DNA of 64,000 bases from Desulfatiglandales bacterium (GCA_963667015.2 CAXXJJ010000001.1:608001-672000); one strand, 5' to 3'. Positions 29,456 to 40,020 are shown, counted from the first letter of the stretch. The notes: a model not told the origin generated them from the letters alone. Program-made: numbers and translations.

Positions 29456-31447
29456 TTAATCCTTAACATATTCCAGTTTGAGGATGCCGTTCCAGGCATC
29501 CGCCCTGGTTATTCTCACCTTTATCTGATCCCCTGATGAAAGTTTGATGTCCTTCTCCCGTTTCATTTCTACTGAGATATAAAAGTCTGTCAGTATAATC
29601 CTGTACCTGCTTTTTAGAACATCTAGAACAATGGCCGGAAAAACATTGCCGACCTGTTTTTCAAGATACCTGTTAATCCAGTAGTTTTGCCGGTTCCTCC
29701 TTACCATGTTGAGGTCCTTTATTGACGCTGTCACCTGCATCCTGATCTTTTCAAGCTCTTCCCTGTTATAAAAGGATACGCCCTTGAACATAAAGTTAAG
29801 CATCTGGCGCTGGCTTATCAGGTCAAAATATCTCCTGATGGGAGAGGTGACATTTATATAGCTGTCAAGACCAAGACCCGCATGGGGGTGTGGCTCTACA
29901 TCAATAATCAGGGGATTAAGTTTTCTCCTCTGCCGGAACACATAATAGACATATCCAGTCTCTTCAAGGGTAAGCTTTTCGCTTGGCTCCTTCTGTCCGC
30001 GGTATATTGTCGGGATATGATTGTCGCGGCAGTACCTTGCCGCAAGCCAGTTATAGAGTATCATCATTTCAGCCACCATGGTACGTGAAGGCGTTTCCTG
30101 GCTTACAAGCTTCATATCGATTGAAGAGTCTTCATTAACCGAAATATTCAATTCGGGCAGTGAAAGGATTAATGCACCCTGTTCAATCCTGTATCTTGTT
30201 CTTTTCTGGGCAAGCCTGAAAAGGCGGTGGTATATGGTATCCTTTTCGTTCTCGTATATTGAGTTTACCTGATCATAGGTAAGCCGTTCCTTTACCTTTA
30301 TGATGCTTGGGACAAACCTGTAATCAAATATGTCGCAGTTCATGTCAAAATTGACAAGCAGCGAAAGGGCCTGCCTTTCGGTATCTTTTTTAAGACTCAG
30401 TCTTTCATGTGACAGGTCGGGCGGAAACATGGGGACCTGTCTTCTCGGCAGGTAGAGCGAAGAACCCCGTAAAAGGGCCTCGTCTTCAAGTATGCTGCCA
30501 GGGTCTACTACAGCTGAAACATCGGTAATATGAATACCCACCTGCATAAAATCATCCTGAAAATCAACGCTCAATGCATCATCAAAATCAAGGCTGTCAG
30601 CGCCGTCAATCGTAAATACATTCAGGTGGCATAAATCCTCGTAGCCGTTACAGTTAACAGCCTTTTTATTCAGCATACCTGCCTGCTCAAGCTGTTCACT
30701 ACTGAATGCCTGTCTTATTTTGTAACGGATCAGGTCAAGGGGCTCATCCCTTTCCCATATTCCCAGCCTGATCAGTATTCGCCTGGCCTCTCCGATATCA
30801 GTGATGCCTGCCCTGTCAAGCAGTTCTTTTCCGAATTTATATTCATTCGCATCCCTGCCGTTTATGGCAAGGTCTATGAGTGTATCAACTATGACCTGAT
30901 CACAGGTGTCAGTGGTGTCGGCGCCTTCCTTTAACGCCTTTTTAAGCCAGTCGCTGCCGCTGGAGAGCTTTTCTTCCTTTTTTGTCTCTTCATCCTGCTG
31001 TCTTATAATCAGTTCAATTTTTTCTTCCGGGTTGGGGATAAACTGACTGTCTTTCATCTTGAAGTAGAGCTTATCCTCAAAAAGGGCCCTTATCAGTGCG
31101 GATATATGGTCATCAGTTACGTCCTCACCAAAACAGAGCTGTGCGAGATATTTGTAGTTGAAGCTTTCACTCTCATCCTTTATCAGTTCCCAGAGATCCT
31201 TTACGTCTATTTCATCTTTCAGGCCTTCCCTCTTTGAGTCAATCTCCCTGAGCCTGTTGAGTAATTCCTCTCTTGGCCGGTCGATTGAAATGTTGGAAGG
31301 AGATATGAAGGTTGCGCGTTTTGAGGGCAGGTTGACAAGTCTGTTAAGAGGCGTCAGCAGGTGCAGTCTTGTCCCCTTATCCTGGAGGCAAAGAGCACAG
31401 AGCAGTTTACCCTGCTCTATATATTCTATAATTTTACCCTCAGACAT
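29456..31447 (-). CDS. rnb: RNase II/RNB-family exoribonuclease
   Basis: FTIDGADSLDFDDAL, VAEMMIL, TSPIRRYFDL. Confidence 0.88.
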   Translation of the reverse strand: MSEGKIIEYIEQGKLLCALCLQDKGTRLHLLTPLNRLVNLPSKRATFISPSNISIDRPREELLNRLREIDSKREGLKDEIDVKDLWELIKDESESFNYKYLAQLCFGEDVTDDHISALIRALFEDKLYFKMKDSQFIPNPEEKIELIIRQQDEETKKEEKLSSGSDWLKKALKEGADTTDTCDQVIVDTLIDLAINGRDANEYKFGKELLDRAGITDIGEARRILIRLGIWERDEPLDLIRYKIRQAFSSEQLEQAGMLNKKAVNCNGYEDLCHLNVFTIDGADSLDFDDALSVDFQDDFMQVGIHITDVSAVVDPGSILEDEALLRGSSLYLPRRQVPMFPPDLSHERLSLKKDTERQALSLLVNFDMNCDIFDYRFVPSIIKVKERLTYDQVNSIYENEKDTIYHRLFRLAQKRTRYRIEQGALILSLPELNISVNEDSSIDMKLVSQETPSRTMVAEMMILYNWLAARYCRDNHIPTIYRGQKEPSEKLTLEETGYVYYVFRQRRKLNPLIIDVEPHPHAGLGLDSYINVTSPIRRYFDLISQRQMLNFMFKGVSFYNREELEKIRMQVTASIKDLNMVRRNRQNYWINRYLEKQVGNVFPAIVLDVLKSRYRIILTDFYISVEMKREKDIKLSSGDQIKVRITRADAWNGILKLEYVKD

Positions 31448-31726
31448 GGAGAAACTTTCTATCAAACAGGTTATCTATTACCTGATTTAGATTAACCGGT
31501 TTATATGCTTAAAACTAATGAGTGAAAAAATGAAGCTACTGGGCTAAAGACCGGAGCGCTGATCAGGTTATGTAAATAAATCAAGCTGCTATGTTTAGCA
31601 AGGGAATGAGTATATGTCAACAAAGCTTGACATATTTATTTGGCTCTATTACTTAAATTTAAATGATTTTTCTTATCATATGCAGACTGACACTTTCATG
31701 CCCATAACATTCAATGGAGGAAAAAT

Positions 31727-32839
31727 ATGAAGGCCTCTCCCTGTAAAAACAGGATAAAAACCCTGAGAAAAAGATTTACAGATAAATCACCCGACATGCT
31801 GTGGATAGCGCAGCCTGAAAACAGGAGATACCTGTCAGGGTTCAAGGCATCTGATCTCCAGCTCAATGAATCGTCCGGATCGCTCTTTATTACCAATAAA
31901 AAGGCCTTTTTAATTACAGACTCGAGGTACACCCTTGAGGCGGAACATGAAGCTACCGATTTCAGTGTCATCACACAAAAAGGAACCTTTCAGGATGAAC
32001 TTTTAAAACAGGCAGAAAAGGCAAAGGGAAGATGTCTGGGATTTGAAGGCGATAACGTTACATGGACTCTTCATAAAGAGCTAAGTTCAAAACTCAGGAA
32101 ACTTCCGTCTCCAGTTCAGATGAAGCCGCTAAATGGTCTGATCGAAAAAATGCGGGAGATAAAGGATAAAACAGAAATAGCCATCATGAAAAAGGCCTCG
32201 GATATGATGTCAAAGGTGCTGAACCGGGTCCTTGATACACTGGAACCCGGGCAGACCGAAAAGGAGCTTGCCCGCAGTATAGAGGCCCTTTCCCTTGAGG
32301 CCGGGGCCGAAGGCATGGCATTTGACTCGATTGTTGCCTCGGGTCCCAATGCAGCACTGCCCCATGCGGTTCCCACGGATAGAAAAATCAGAAAAAGGGA
32401 TCACGTCACATTTGATGTGGGGCTCAAGTTTGATGGATACTGCTGTGATATGACAAGAACGGTTTTTGTGGGGACTCCTGACCGGAAAATAAAGGAGATC
32501 TATAAAATAGTAAGGGAAGCACAGCTTGCGGCCCTTGAATATGTGAAGCCGGGCGAAATAAGTACAAAGCCTGATTCAATTGCAAGGGGCATAATAAAAG
32601 AGGCCGGCTATGGGGAGTATTTCGGGCATTCTCTTGGTCATGGTGTTGGGCTTGCAACCCATGAGGCCCCCAGGCTCAGTCCGCGTGATCCTGTTAAACT
32701 GGAGGAAGGCATGATCGTCACGGTTGAACCCGGCATCTATCTTCCGGGCAAAGGCGGTGTGCGCCTTGAAGAAATGGTTGCCATAGAAAAAAATGGTCCG
32801 AATATTTTAACAAAAAATGACAGATATTATGATTTTTAA
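31727..32839 (+). CDS. Xaa-Pro aminopeptidase (M24B)
   Basis: TDSRY, ALPH, YCCDMTRT, HSLGHGVGL, TVEPGIY, VRLEE. Confidence 0.92.
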   Translation: MKASPCKNRIKTLRKRFTDKSPDMLWIAQPENRRYLSGFKASDLQLNESSGSLFITNKKAFLITDSRYTLEAEHEATDFSVITQKGTFQDELLKQAEKAKGRCLGFEGDNVTWTLHKELSSKLRKLPSPVQMKPLNGLIEKMREIKDKTEIAIMKKASDMMSKVLNRVLDTLEPGQTEKELARSIEALSLEAGAEGMAFDSIVASGPNAALPHAVPTDRKIRKRDHVTFDVGLKFDGYCCDMTRTVFVGTPDRKIKEIYKIVREAQLAALEYVKPGEISTKPDSIARGIIKEAGYGEYFGHSLGHGVGLATHEAPRLSPRDPVKLEEGMIVTVEPGIYLPGKGGVRLEEMVAIEKNGPNILTKNDRYYDF

Positions 32840-32857
32840 CAGGCATTATTCATAATG

Positions 32858-33763
32858 ATGCACAAAGAATCAGACAGCAACAGGCTCCTTGATCAGTTCA
32901 TAAGTCACTTGAGGGTTGAGCGGGGGCTTTCGGAAAATACTGTTTCTTCATACAGCAGTGACCTGGTAAAATATTTTAACTACCTTGAAAAAAAGAAGAT
33001 ATCTCCTCCTGTCGCCGGCAGAGAGGACATTGCCGAATATGTCGGTTCAATTAAAAAAAATAATGGTTATTCCGCAAGGACCATTGCCAGAAATATTTCC
33101 GCAATAAAGATGTTTTACCGGTTTCTTATCAGCGAAGGCAGATTGACTGATAATCCTGCAAGGCTGCTCGATCCGGTAAAACTTCCGGGCCGGCTGCCCG
33201 GAACCCTCAGTCATGATGAAGTGGAAAGGCTTCTGGCCGTCCCTGATTACACAACGAGCCTTGGTCAGAGGGACAGCGCAATGCTTGAACTGCTCTACGC
33301 AACGGGATTGAGGGTGTCGGAGCTTGTGGGCCTTCATCTCGTTAATGTAAACCTGGAGCCCGGATTTATCAGGACTGTAGGAAAGGGTTCAAAGGAAAGA
33401 CTCGTTCCAATGGGTGACAAGGCAATGGATGCCATAAAGCTGTATTTGAAATACGGCCGGCCCGACCTGATTAAGGAAAAGAATGCCCCTTACCTTTTTC
33501 TTAATTCAAGGGGATCTTCAATTTCCAGGCAGGGTTTCTGGAAAATTATTAAAAAATATGGCATAATGGCCGGCATAACAAAGAAGATAACGCCTCACAG
33601 CCTGAGACATTCCTTTGCCACCCATTTGCTTGAAGGCGGTGCGGATCTCAGGTCTGTACAGATAATGCTGGGGCATTCGGACATTTCTACAACTCAGATT
33701 TATACCCATGTTAGCAGGGAAAGGCTCAAAAAGATACATGGTAAATATCATCCAAGGCCGTAA
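32858..33763 (+). CDS. xerD: tyrosine recombinase XerD
   Basis: ERGLSENT..SY, LYATGLRVSEL, GKGSKER, PHSLRHSFATHLL, LGHSDISTTQIY. Confidence 0.95.
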   Translation: MHKESDSNRLLDQFISHLRVERGLSENTVSSYSSDLVKYFNYLEKKKISPPVAGREDIAEYVGSIKKNNGYSARTIARNISAIKMFYRFLISEGRLTDNPARLLDPVKLPGRLPGTLSHDEVERLLAVPDYTTSLGQRDSAMLELLYATGLRVSELVGLHLVNVNLEPGFIRTVGKGSKERLVPMGDKAMDAIKLYLKYGRPDLIKEKNAPYLFLNSRGSSISRQGFWKIIKKYGIMAGITKKITPHSLRHSFATHLLEGGADLRSVQIMLGHSDISTTQIYTHVSRERLKKIHGKYHPRP

Positions 33764-33999
33764 CTGCCCTGTAATAAACGGTTTTCTTTTACACAGATAC
33801 AGAATCTTATCCTGAAACAGCCCTTGTTTAAATATTGCTCTATATCTTTCTCCCGGATTTTTTAGGAAGCGGCACTTTTTATGGTTTAATACACTGTTTG
33901 CCTGTTGAAGATTAACGTCTGCACGGACGGCTGTTTTTTAGAAATCCCCTTTTCCCTGCGGGAGAGGCAGGAAAAGAGTCTCATGGAGGTTCAGAGGAA

Positions 34000-35514
34000 A
34001 TGATAAAATCGTATGATAGCAAGAAGATTGAAAATCTGGAATCCAGTCTGGAGAAGAAAAGGCGTGAAATAAGGGAGTTGAAAAAGGTTAACATGTTTTT
34101 AAACTACCTTTATGACGGCATAAGTGAGGAGATCGTGGTAATTGACCAGGATTTTATTATTAATGATGCCAACAGGGCATTTCTGGATAAATGCGGCCTG
34201 ACTAAAAAGGATGTTGTGGGCAAGAAATGTTATGAGCTTAAAGAACGGGAATGGCTTCCCTGTATAACCGGTAAAGGTCAGTGTCCGGCTGAAAAGGCGG
34301 CAAACTCGGGCGAATCAGTCGAGGCAACTGTCACCTATGAAGATGGAAATGGCAATACCCGTGAATATATCATGATCATGTATCCCCTGAAGACAGAAGA
34401 TGACGGCAAAAAGTATTTTCTGGAAATAACAAGGGATGTCACTGAATACCGCCATCTTATACTGAAACTCCAGAGGTCTGAAAAGAGGTTCAAGGCCATA
34501 CTTGATACTGCCACAGATGCCATCATCAGTATTGATGAAAACCACCGGATTATACTCTTTAATAATGCGGCACAGAGGATATTCGGCTACACTGGCCAGG
34601 AGGTGATCGGCGAAGACCTGGCCATTTTAATTCCCCCGGGATACGGGCCTTACCAGGTTTATCTCGAGCGTTTCCTTCGGGACAGTAATTCGGATATCAC
34701 AGGAAAGTCTATTTCGCTTAATGCAATGCGAAAAAATGGCGAGATATTTCCTGTTGATTTCAGCTTGTCTCTTCTCAATATGGGAGGTAAAGTAACCTTT
34801 ACAGCAATAATCAGGGATGTAACCCTTCAGCGCCAGATGGAAAGGAAGATGCTTCAGTCCGAGCGCCTTGCAGCGGTGGGGCAGGCCGTAGCCCATGTTG
34901 CCCATGAAATTAAAAATCCCCTTATGATTATCGGAGGTTTTACGGGCCAGATAAGATCAGTCCTTGAAAGAGAAAAGGATATAAACAAGATAGATATGGT
35001 CCTTGATGAAGTCGCACGGCTCGAAAGGCTTATAGCCAACCTGGGCGATTTCACAAAGGAATATAAGCTTGTGATGAGGCCTGCCGGATTAAATTCGGTA
35101 ATAGGGGATGTTCTTAGTATAATGTCTGGAATTTACAGTGATGAAAAATATCGTTTTGAGAGAGATCTTTCGGATGAGGTTACAGAGATTAACTGTGATC
35201 CGGACAAATTAAAACAGGTATTCATAAACATTATTTCAAACGGAACAGAGGCCATGCCCGCAGGCGGTGCAATAACGATAAGGACGGAAAAAACGAGTGA
35301 AGGAGTGGAAATCAGCATAGGTGACGAAGGCAGGGGCATGACCAGCGAAGAATTAAAGGATATTTTTGAACCCTTTTACACTACAAGAGAAAAGGGAACC
35401 GGATTGGGGCTGGCAATCTCGTATAAGATTGTCCAGGCCCATAATGGAGATATATGGGCGAAAAGTGAGCTCGGGAAAGGGACCACATTTGTTATCCAGA
35501 TCCCGGATTCATAA
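34000..35514 (+). CDS. PAS-PAS sensor histidine kinase (NtrB-like)
   Basis: two PAS domains, AHEIKNPL, PFYTT..GTGLGL. Confidence 0.92.
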   Translation: MIKSYDSKKIENLESSLEKKRREIRELKKVNMFLNYLYDGISEEIVVIDQDFIINDANRAFLDKCGLTKKDVVGKKCYELKEREWLPCITGKGQCPAEKAANSGESVEATVTYEDGNGNTREYIMIMYPLKTEDDGKKYFLEITRDVTEYRHLILKLQRSEKRFKAILDTATDAIISIDENHRIILFNNAAQRIFGYTGQEVIGEDLAILIPPGYGPYQVYLERFLRDSNSDITGKSISLNAMRKNGEIFPVDFSLSLLNMGGKVTFTAIIRDVTLQRQMERKMLQSERLAAVGQAVAHVAHEIKNPLMIIGGFTGQIRSVLEREKDINKIDMVLDEVARLERLIANLGDFTKEYKLVMRPAGLNSVIGDVLSIMSGIYSDEKYRFERDLSDEVTEINCDPDKLKQVFINIISNGTEAMPAGGAITIRTEKTSEGVEISIGDEGRGMTSEELKDIFEPFYTTREKGTGLGLAISYKIVQAHNGDIWAKSELGKGTTFVIQIPDS

Positions 35515-35544
35515 AAAAATAGAAAAATTTATTCAAAATATCCA

Positions 35545-35573
35545 TTGACTAGGGTAATGAGTAGTGCTATATA
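35545..35573 (+). promoter_or_regulatory. sigma-70 promoter of the tRNA
   Basis: TTGACT-17bp-TATATA followed by a GC-rich discriminator. Confidence 0.6.
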
Positions 35574-35589
35574 ACGGGGCTTACTTTGA

Positions 35590-35666
35590 CGCGGGGTGGA
35601 GCAGTCAGGTAGCTCGTCGGGCTCATAACCCGAAGGCCAGAGGTTCGAATCCTCTCCCCGCTACCA
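35590..35666 (+). tRNA. tRNA-fMet (initiator, CAT)
   Basis: cloverleaf; CAT anticodon; unpaired C1:A72; three consecutive G-C pairs in the anticodon stem; GTTCGAATC; encoded CCA. Confidence 0.97.
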
Positions 35667-35697
35667 ATAAAAATTAATATATTCAGATAGTTATAAT

Positions 35698-35730
35698 GAC
35701 TTGCACTTTTTAGGGTGTAGGTCTTTTTTG
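35698..35730 (+). terminator. intrinsic terminator after the tRNA
   Basis: GACTTGCAC/GTGTAGGTC stem plus T tract. Confidence 0.6.
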
Positions 35731-36011
35731 TTTGTGGGCCACATTTGGGGCTCTTTTTTCAGGTAAAATTAGCTCATACGGGCTAGTTTATTTACAAGTA
35801 TGGAAATTAGTCGGTTAGTAATTTTTCTAAAAGAAATGGAGTATTATTGGACTTATCTAAGTACATACCCCTTTGTCATTAACCTGTTTTAATGATTGCT
35901 TAATAATTATTATTCATTACTCATTGTCCGATTCCGTCCCATGTAGACGGGCTGTTGATGCACGTTGATTTTGCATGACTTTCTGACAAATCGATTAGAA
36001 TGAGTAAAGTA

Positions 36012-36167
36012 TGTAAAAGTTTACCAATAGCGGCGAACTTTTTCACATAGATATTGGTAAGTCTTTACACATCTTTTCTTAGTATCCTTCTGTTTATCCT
36101 GTATCTAGCTGATATGCTTATAAAATAAAAATATTCCCATTCTATTTTTATCGGCATGCTTTTTGTA
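36012..36167 (+). promoter_or_regulatory. enhancer boxes plus sigma-54-like promoter of PEP-CTERM gene 1
   Basis: TGTAAAAG (36012), TGGTA...TTTACA (36055), CGGCATGCTTTTTGT (36152); mirrored at 44453-44605. Confidence 0.6.
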
Positions 36168-36281
36168 ATCCTTTTTATACATTGTTAATTTTATTCAAAT
36201 CCCTGGTAGGATGTCTGAATGAGCATCTTTACTTTTGATTTGTATCGTAAAGTTTTATTTATTCATGGAGGTTTATTGATT

Positions 36282-36899
36282 ATGAAAAAATTGATAGTTG
36301 TTGCATTTATGAGTTTATTTTTATTTTCTGGAATGGCCCACGCAACTCTCTATGATCGAGGGGGAGGCTTGATTTATGACGATGTTTTGGACATTACTTG
36401 GCTTCAGGATGCCAATTATGCCAAGACAAATAATGATGATACTGATGGACTAATGAGTTGGAATGATGCAAATGCTTGGGTTCAAGGACTTGATTATGGT
36501 GGATATGATGACTGGCGTTTGCCCGATGCTTATATTTATGAAGATACCAATGGGCCTGAGTATGGACTAAATGTAATCACTAGTGAATTGGGATATATGT
36601 TTAATATTAATCTTGAAGGAGACCTTAGCAATAATAATATCTTTGAAGGAATCGATACTTGGTTCTATTGGACGGATACGCCTATAACCGTTACGTGGAG
36701 TAGTACTCCACGTGCATGGGCATTTTCTGCCGGTAATTTCAGTCAGTCTTATTACACTCAAAACAACATTATGGCTGCCTGGGCAGTAAGGGGTGGTGAT
36801 GTGGGTTCCGCCCCCGTTCCAGAACCAACTACAATGCTCCTACTTGGTTCTGGTATAGTCGGACTTGCAGGTTTTCGCAGAAAATTCAAAAAGTCATAA
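36282..36899 (+). CDS. PEP-CTERM protein with DUF1566/Lcl-like domain
   Basis: signal peptide, ITWLQDAN, GYDDWRLP, AWAVRGGDV, PVPEP+TM+RRKFKK; RBS GGAGG. Confidence 0.88.
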   Translation: MKKLIVVAFMSLFLFSGMAHATLYDRGGGLIYDDVLDITWLQDANYAKTNNDDTDGLMSWNDANAWVQGLDYGGYDDWRLPDAYIYEDTNGPEYGLNVITSELGYMFNINLEGDLSNNNIFEGIDTWFYWTDTPITVTWSSTPRAWAFSAGNFSQSYYTQNNIMAAWAVRGGDVGSAPVPEPTTMLLLGSGIVGLAGFRRKFKKS

Positions 36900-36926
36900 T
36901 AGATTATTGCATATAAAGTCATACAC

Positions 36927-36965
36927 AGGCAGGGTCTTTAATTGATTGACCTTGCCTTTATATTT
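36927..36965 (+). terminator. intrinsic terminator
   Basis: AGGCAGGGTC/GACCTTGCCT stem plus T-rich tail. Confidence 0.6.
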
Positions 36966-37292
36966 TTACCGATTATAGGATATCTATAGCAACCGCACTG
37001 CCCAAACTCTCCAACTGCCCGACATCCCAACATCATTGATTGTGGCACTACCGCCAACTACCCTGATATGCACATCCATTATTTTCAGTTCATTTCAATT
37101 CATTTGAGTGAATTTCAGTGCGTTTCGATTACAAATCAACCCAGATTAAGTGCGCCCTCATTTGTGCCCTTTCAGTCGGATATTAGATATAAAATAAAGG
37201 AAAAAGTATCTTTGTAGGAATATGACTTATCGCTTTTAACTTCGGGGGTTTGGTGGATATTTGATGATGGTGTTTGTTTCACAAACAAAACC

Positions 37293-37405
37293 CTCATAAC
37301 CCGAAGGCCAGAGGTTCGAATCCGCTCCCCGCTACCAATAAAAATTAAGTATATTCAAGTTGTTATATCAGCTTACACTTTTTTGGAGTGTAGGCTTTTT
37401 TTGTT
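37293..37405 (+). repeat. att-like duplication of the tRNA-fMet 3' half plus downstream tail
   Basis: CTCATAACCCGAAGGCCAGAGGTTCGAATCCgCTCCCCGCTACCAATAAAAATTAA has one mismatch to the tRNA locus and is followed by a similar terminator. Confidence 0.9.
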
Positions 37406-37414
37406 TATGCCACC

Positions 37415-37618
37415 CTAATCTTCAAAAGAGAAGGGATTAAGGAACTGGCGTTTCCATAGATGTCTCTTATCTATCTCACTAAGCTGTGCCTCTTCGCATA
37501 CTTCATCCCAGTTTTTTCTGATAACATTCTCAATATGGTCAAGTATCGACAGGGTATCTTCTTTGGACAAAAGGAAGTGGTGCGCGGCTTCCCTGTTTTG
37601 TCTGCTAGAAGTCATCAT
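37415..37618 (-). pseudogene. hipA: hipA-family toxin with in-frame internal deletion
   Basis: MTS start overlapping the antitoxin stop is fused directly to a HipA-type C-terminus (EAAHHFLLS...WDEVCEEAQLS...LWKRQFLNPF); no kinase domain. Confidence 0.65.
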
Positions 37619-37937
37619 GAACTTCCCTTACTCTTTTCCGGATTCGTCCCGGAAGCAAAGCAATTTTACTTTTTGCAAGATCAATGCTGGTTTCAAGGGG
37701 CTGGCGGTTCTGTTCAAACAGGTTTATTCCAACCAGCGCAGCAGTCTCAAATACAAGTCCTATAGCAGGGGTCATTTCACCCGCTTCTATTTTTTGAAGT
37801 GTTGTCCTTGAAATACCGGCTCTGTCAGCAAGGTCTTGCTCGGTCCATTTACGTTCCTTGCGCCCAAGCCTTATTTGCTGGCCAAGGAGTAAAACAGCTT
37901 CTTTTGTGTATTTTGAATAAGTTCTTTTTATTGACAT
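37605..37937 (-). CDS. XRE-family HTH regulator (HipB-like antitoxin)
   Basis: IRLGRKERKWTEQDLADRAGISRTTLQKIEAG. Confidence 0.85.
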   Translation of the reverse strand: MSIKRTYSKYTKEAVLLLGQQIRLGRKERKWTEQDLADRAGISRTTLQKIEAGEMTPAIGLVFETAALVGINLFEQNRQPLETSIDLAKSKIALLPGRIRKRVREVHDDF

Positions 37938-37957
37938 GAATATAAACCTGATGATTA

Positions 37958-38023
37958 ATGATTATTATATTAATCATAAAATAATTTAATGACCATTATA
38001 TTGATCATTTAATAAATTTTCAA
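37958..38023 (-). promoter_or_regulatory. hipBA-type promoter with two palindromic operators
   Basis: minus-strand TTGAAA-17-TATAAT; ATGAYY-N8-RATCAT at 37958-37977 and 37989-38008. Confidence 0.7.
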
Positions 38024-38102
38024 GGGGAATTTTATAACCGGGGCTTATTTGGCTCTTATATCTATTATATCGATAGGGCGTAATGTCGTGTCATGTATCA
38101 AC

Positions 38103-38130
38103 TGTCATCTCGACTGCAAGGAGAGATCTT
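38103..38130 (+). repeat. short palindromic repeat (TGTCATCTCGAC...GAGAGATCT)
   Basis: ATCTC/GAGAT stem after a TGTC tag; resembles the YGTC-tagged repeat class. Confidence 0.4.
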
Positions 38131-38321
38131 GCTTTTAAAAGAATAAAAAGAATTCTCCCAGAGTTTACCCGGCATAGCATTTACCAGTGCCTGCCCCTGA
38201 GTTTTTTACGTATCGGTGCATATCAACAGAATCTTGATTTAAACTGAAATTACAGTAAAATTAGCCCGATTTATCTGATACAAATATTTCAATAAAGTTA
38301 ATTTAATATATGGAGAAAATT

Positions 38322-38504
38322 TTGAGCACTTATACAGCCATAATTCATAAAGAAGACGACCTTTACAGAATGCCCTGAAATTGGTACTGCAAGTCAGGGA
38401 GAAACTATTGAGGAGGCAGTTAAAAATCTGCAGGAAGAACAGAACTTTATCTTGAAGAGTTTCCGATAAATCAAATCTCCCGGTCTATTCTCACCTTTCA
38501 ATAA
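38322..38504 (+). pseudogene. hicB: HicB-family antitoxin, two frameshifts
   Basis: MSTYTAIIHKEDDLY / ECPEIGTASQGETIEEAVKNLQE / TELYLEEFP across shifted frames; RBS GGAG. Confidence 0.75.
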
Positions 38505-38797
38505 CATCCGACTTCTGGACTCAGACCTCCGTGGCAAGGCATAACCTTAATGAGACGCCGACTGGTTTTTACTAATCTTGAATATTGAATATTGAACTTT
38601 GAATCAACACATCTAACCGCCTATAGACTAAACCGCTTTAACTTGTATTTCACTGTGTTTTCTGATCACTGACCTCCCTCTTTTTCCCTTGCTTTTTAAG
38701 TCTATTAGTCTTAAATCTAACCCCATTATACCTATCGTGGTATAAAAAAATTCTGCTATAAAGCGCCTTGGCGCTTCATCATATATAGTAATTTTGT

Positions 38798-38828
38798 CGT
38801 CATTCCACTGCGTGACTGTGGAATCCAG
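38798..38828 (+). repeat. CGTC-tagged palindromic repeat
   Basis: CGTC-ATTCCAC-N9-GTGGAAT-CCAG. Confidence 0.55.
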
Positions 38829-38857
38829 TTGTTTTTAATTTGAAATTATTTGGGAAC

Positions 38858-38882
38858 TGTCAAATGTCAAGGGCAGACCCCG
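38858..38882 (-). repeat. junction motif copy 1
   Basis: minus strand reads CGGGGTCTGCCCTTGACATTTGACA. Confidence 0.8.
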
Positions 38883-38965
38883 ATTTGTTCATTGATTTAC
38901 AAACAAGTCATCTTGCCTTAATTATTTTTGCTAAAATTATAATATTGCTTTTATGGGGCATTTCT

Positions 38966-39379
38966 ATGAAGAAATATATGGACCAAGAGCAGTTTGATTA
39001 TTGTGTTTGTTTTATAGCGTTATCATCATTAATTACTGAGCATACTGAAACTGAATTAATAGAAATGGTTTGGCAGGAATATGAGAAATACATTCTCGAT
39101 GACCATATACAGTTTAAAATAGATGCTTCACTCGCAACAACAAAAGCTAAACAAAAACTTACAGAATTAGAGGTTTCTTCTTATCCGGCCTTTCTTAAAG
39201 CCTTCCAGGGCTATATCGAGAATTACAATTTAGACGGTACAAAAAAATCTTCATTAAAAAAGATGCTTTCCGGTGCACTGTTCCAAAAATCTAAACAAAA
39301 CCCAAATCGTGTTGAAGATTTCATAAAGCGGATGACTTTATTTTACGCAAAAATTATTACGGGAGCATACACACCTTAA
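38966..39379 (+). CDS. hypothetical protein
   Basis: open frame in AT-rich cargo; start placed at MKKYMD. Confidence 0.55.
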   Translation: MKKYMDQEQFDYCVCFIALSSLITEHTETELIEMVWQEYEKYILDDHIQFKIDASLATTKAKQKLTELEVSSYPAFLKAFQGYIENYNLDGTKKSSLKKMLSGALFQKSKQNPNRVEDFIKRMTLFYAKIITGAYTP

Positions 39380-39396
39380 GTTATAGAGAAAAAATC

Positions 39397-40020
39397 ATGA
39401 AAATTATTAACGGAAAAAGTGAAATAGAGCATTCGACAGAACGAATAATTGAGGCGATAAAAGCAGAGCATGCGAAAGAGAATCGTACAGAATCTTTCTT
39501 TCATAAAATTAAAAACAATAAGATACTATCTATTATTATAATTTTTGGAATAATTGTAATAGGCGTTGGCACATTCACAGATTCATTAGATAAAATTTTT
39601 ATCCCTCTGAAAAAAGCATATAGAATATTTATCAATGAAAAAAAGACTATTCAAATGAATGCTACTCATAACAAAAATTTAGAACTTCCAATCATCTCTT
39701 CCTGGGAACCTTCTAATAATCTCATGACCTATACCTTAATAGGGAAAAATTTTGGGAAAACACCTGGGAAAATATCATTGTTATTAAAAGTATCTCATCC
39801 ACCTGATTCGATGAATTCTGAAAGCTATGAGACTGAAGAAGTGATTAGATTTCAATCGAGTGATATAAAAAAGTGGACTGACTCAATGGTTGTTTGTCAA
39901 AAAGAAAAAATATTGGACTCAATAGGGCAAGGAGTTATTGTTGATGTGGACTTTTACCTTGAAAGGCCTGATAGTAAATATTCCTACACAAGTAAATGGA
40001 ATCCGAATATATCACCTTAA
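39397..40020 (+). CDS. hypothetical single-TM protein with possible IPT/TIG-like domain
   Basis: TM ILSIIIIFGIIVIGVG; P.ISS...TLIGKNFG..PG...WTDS. Confidence 0.55.
   Translation: MKIINGKSEIEHSTERIIEAIKAEHAKENRTESFFHKIKNNKILSIIIIFGIIVIGVGTFTDSLDKIFIPLKKAYRIFINEKKTIQMNATHNKNLELPIISSWEPSNNLMTYTLIGKNFGKTPGKISLLLKVSHPPDSMNSESYETEEVIRFQSSDIKKWTDSMVVCQKEKILDSIGQGVIVDVDFYLERPDSKYSYTSKWNPNISP

Noticed and set aside
32858..33763. xerD as the integrase of the tRNA island
   Set aside because: It has typical chromosomal XerD sequence, follows an M24 peptidase in an operon, and lies outside the att repeats.
37293..37337. second functional tRNA-Met gene
   Set aside because: The 5' acceptor strand and D-arm are missing.
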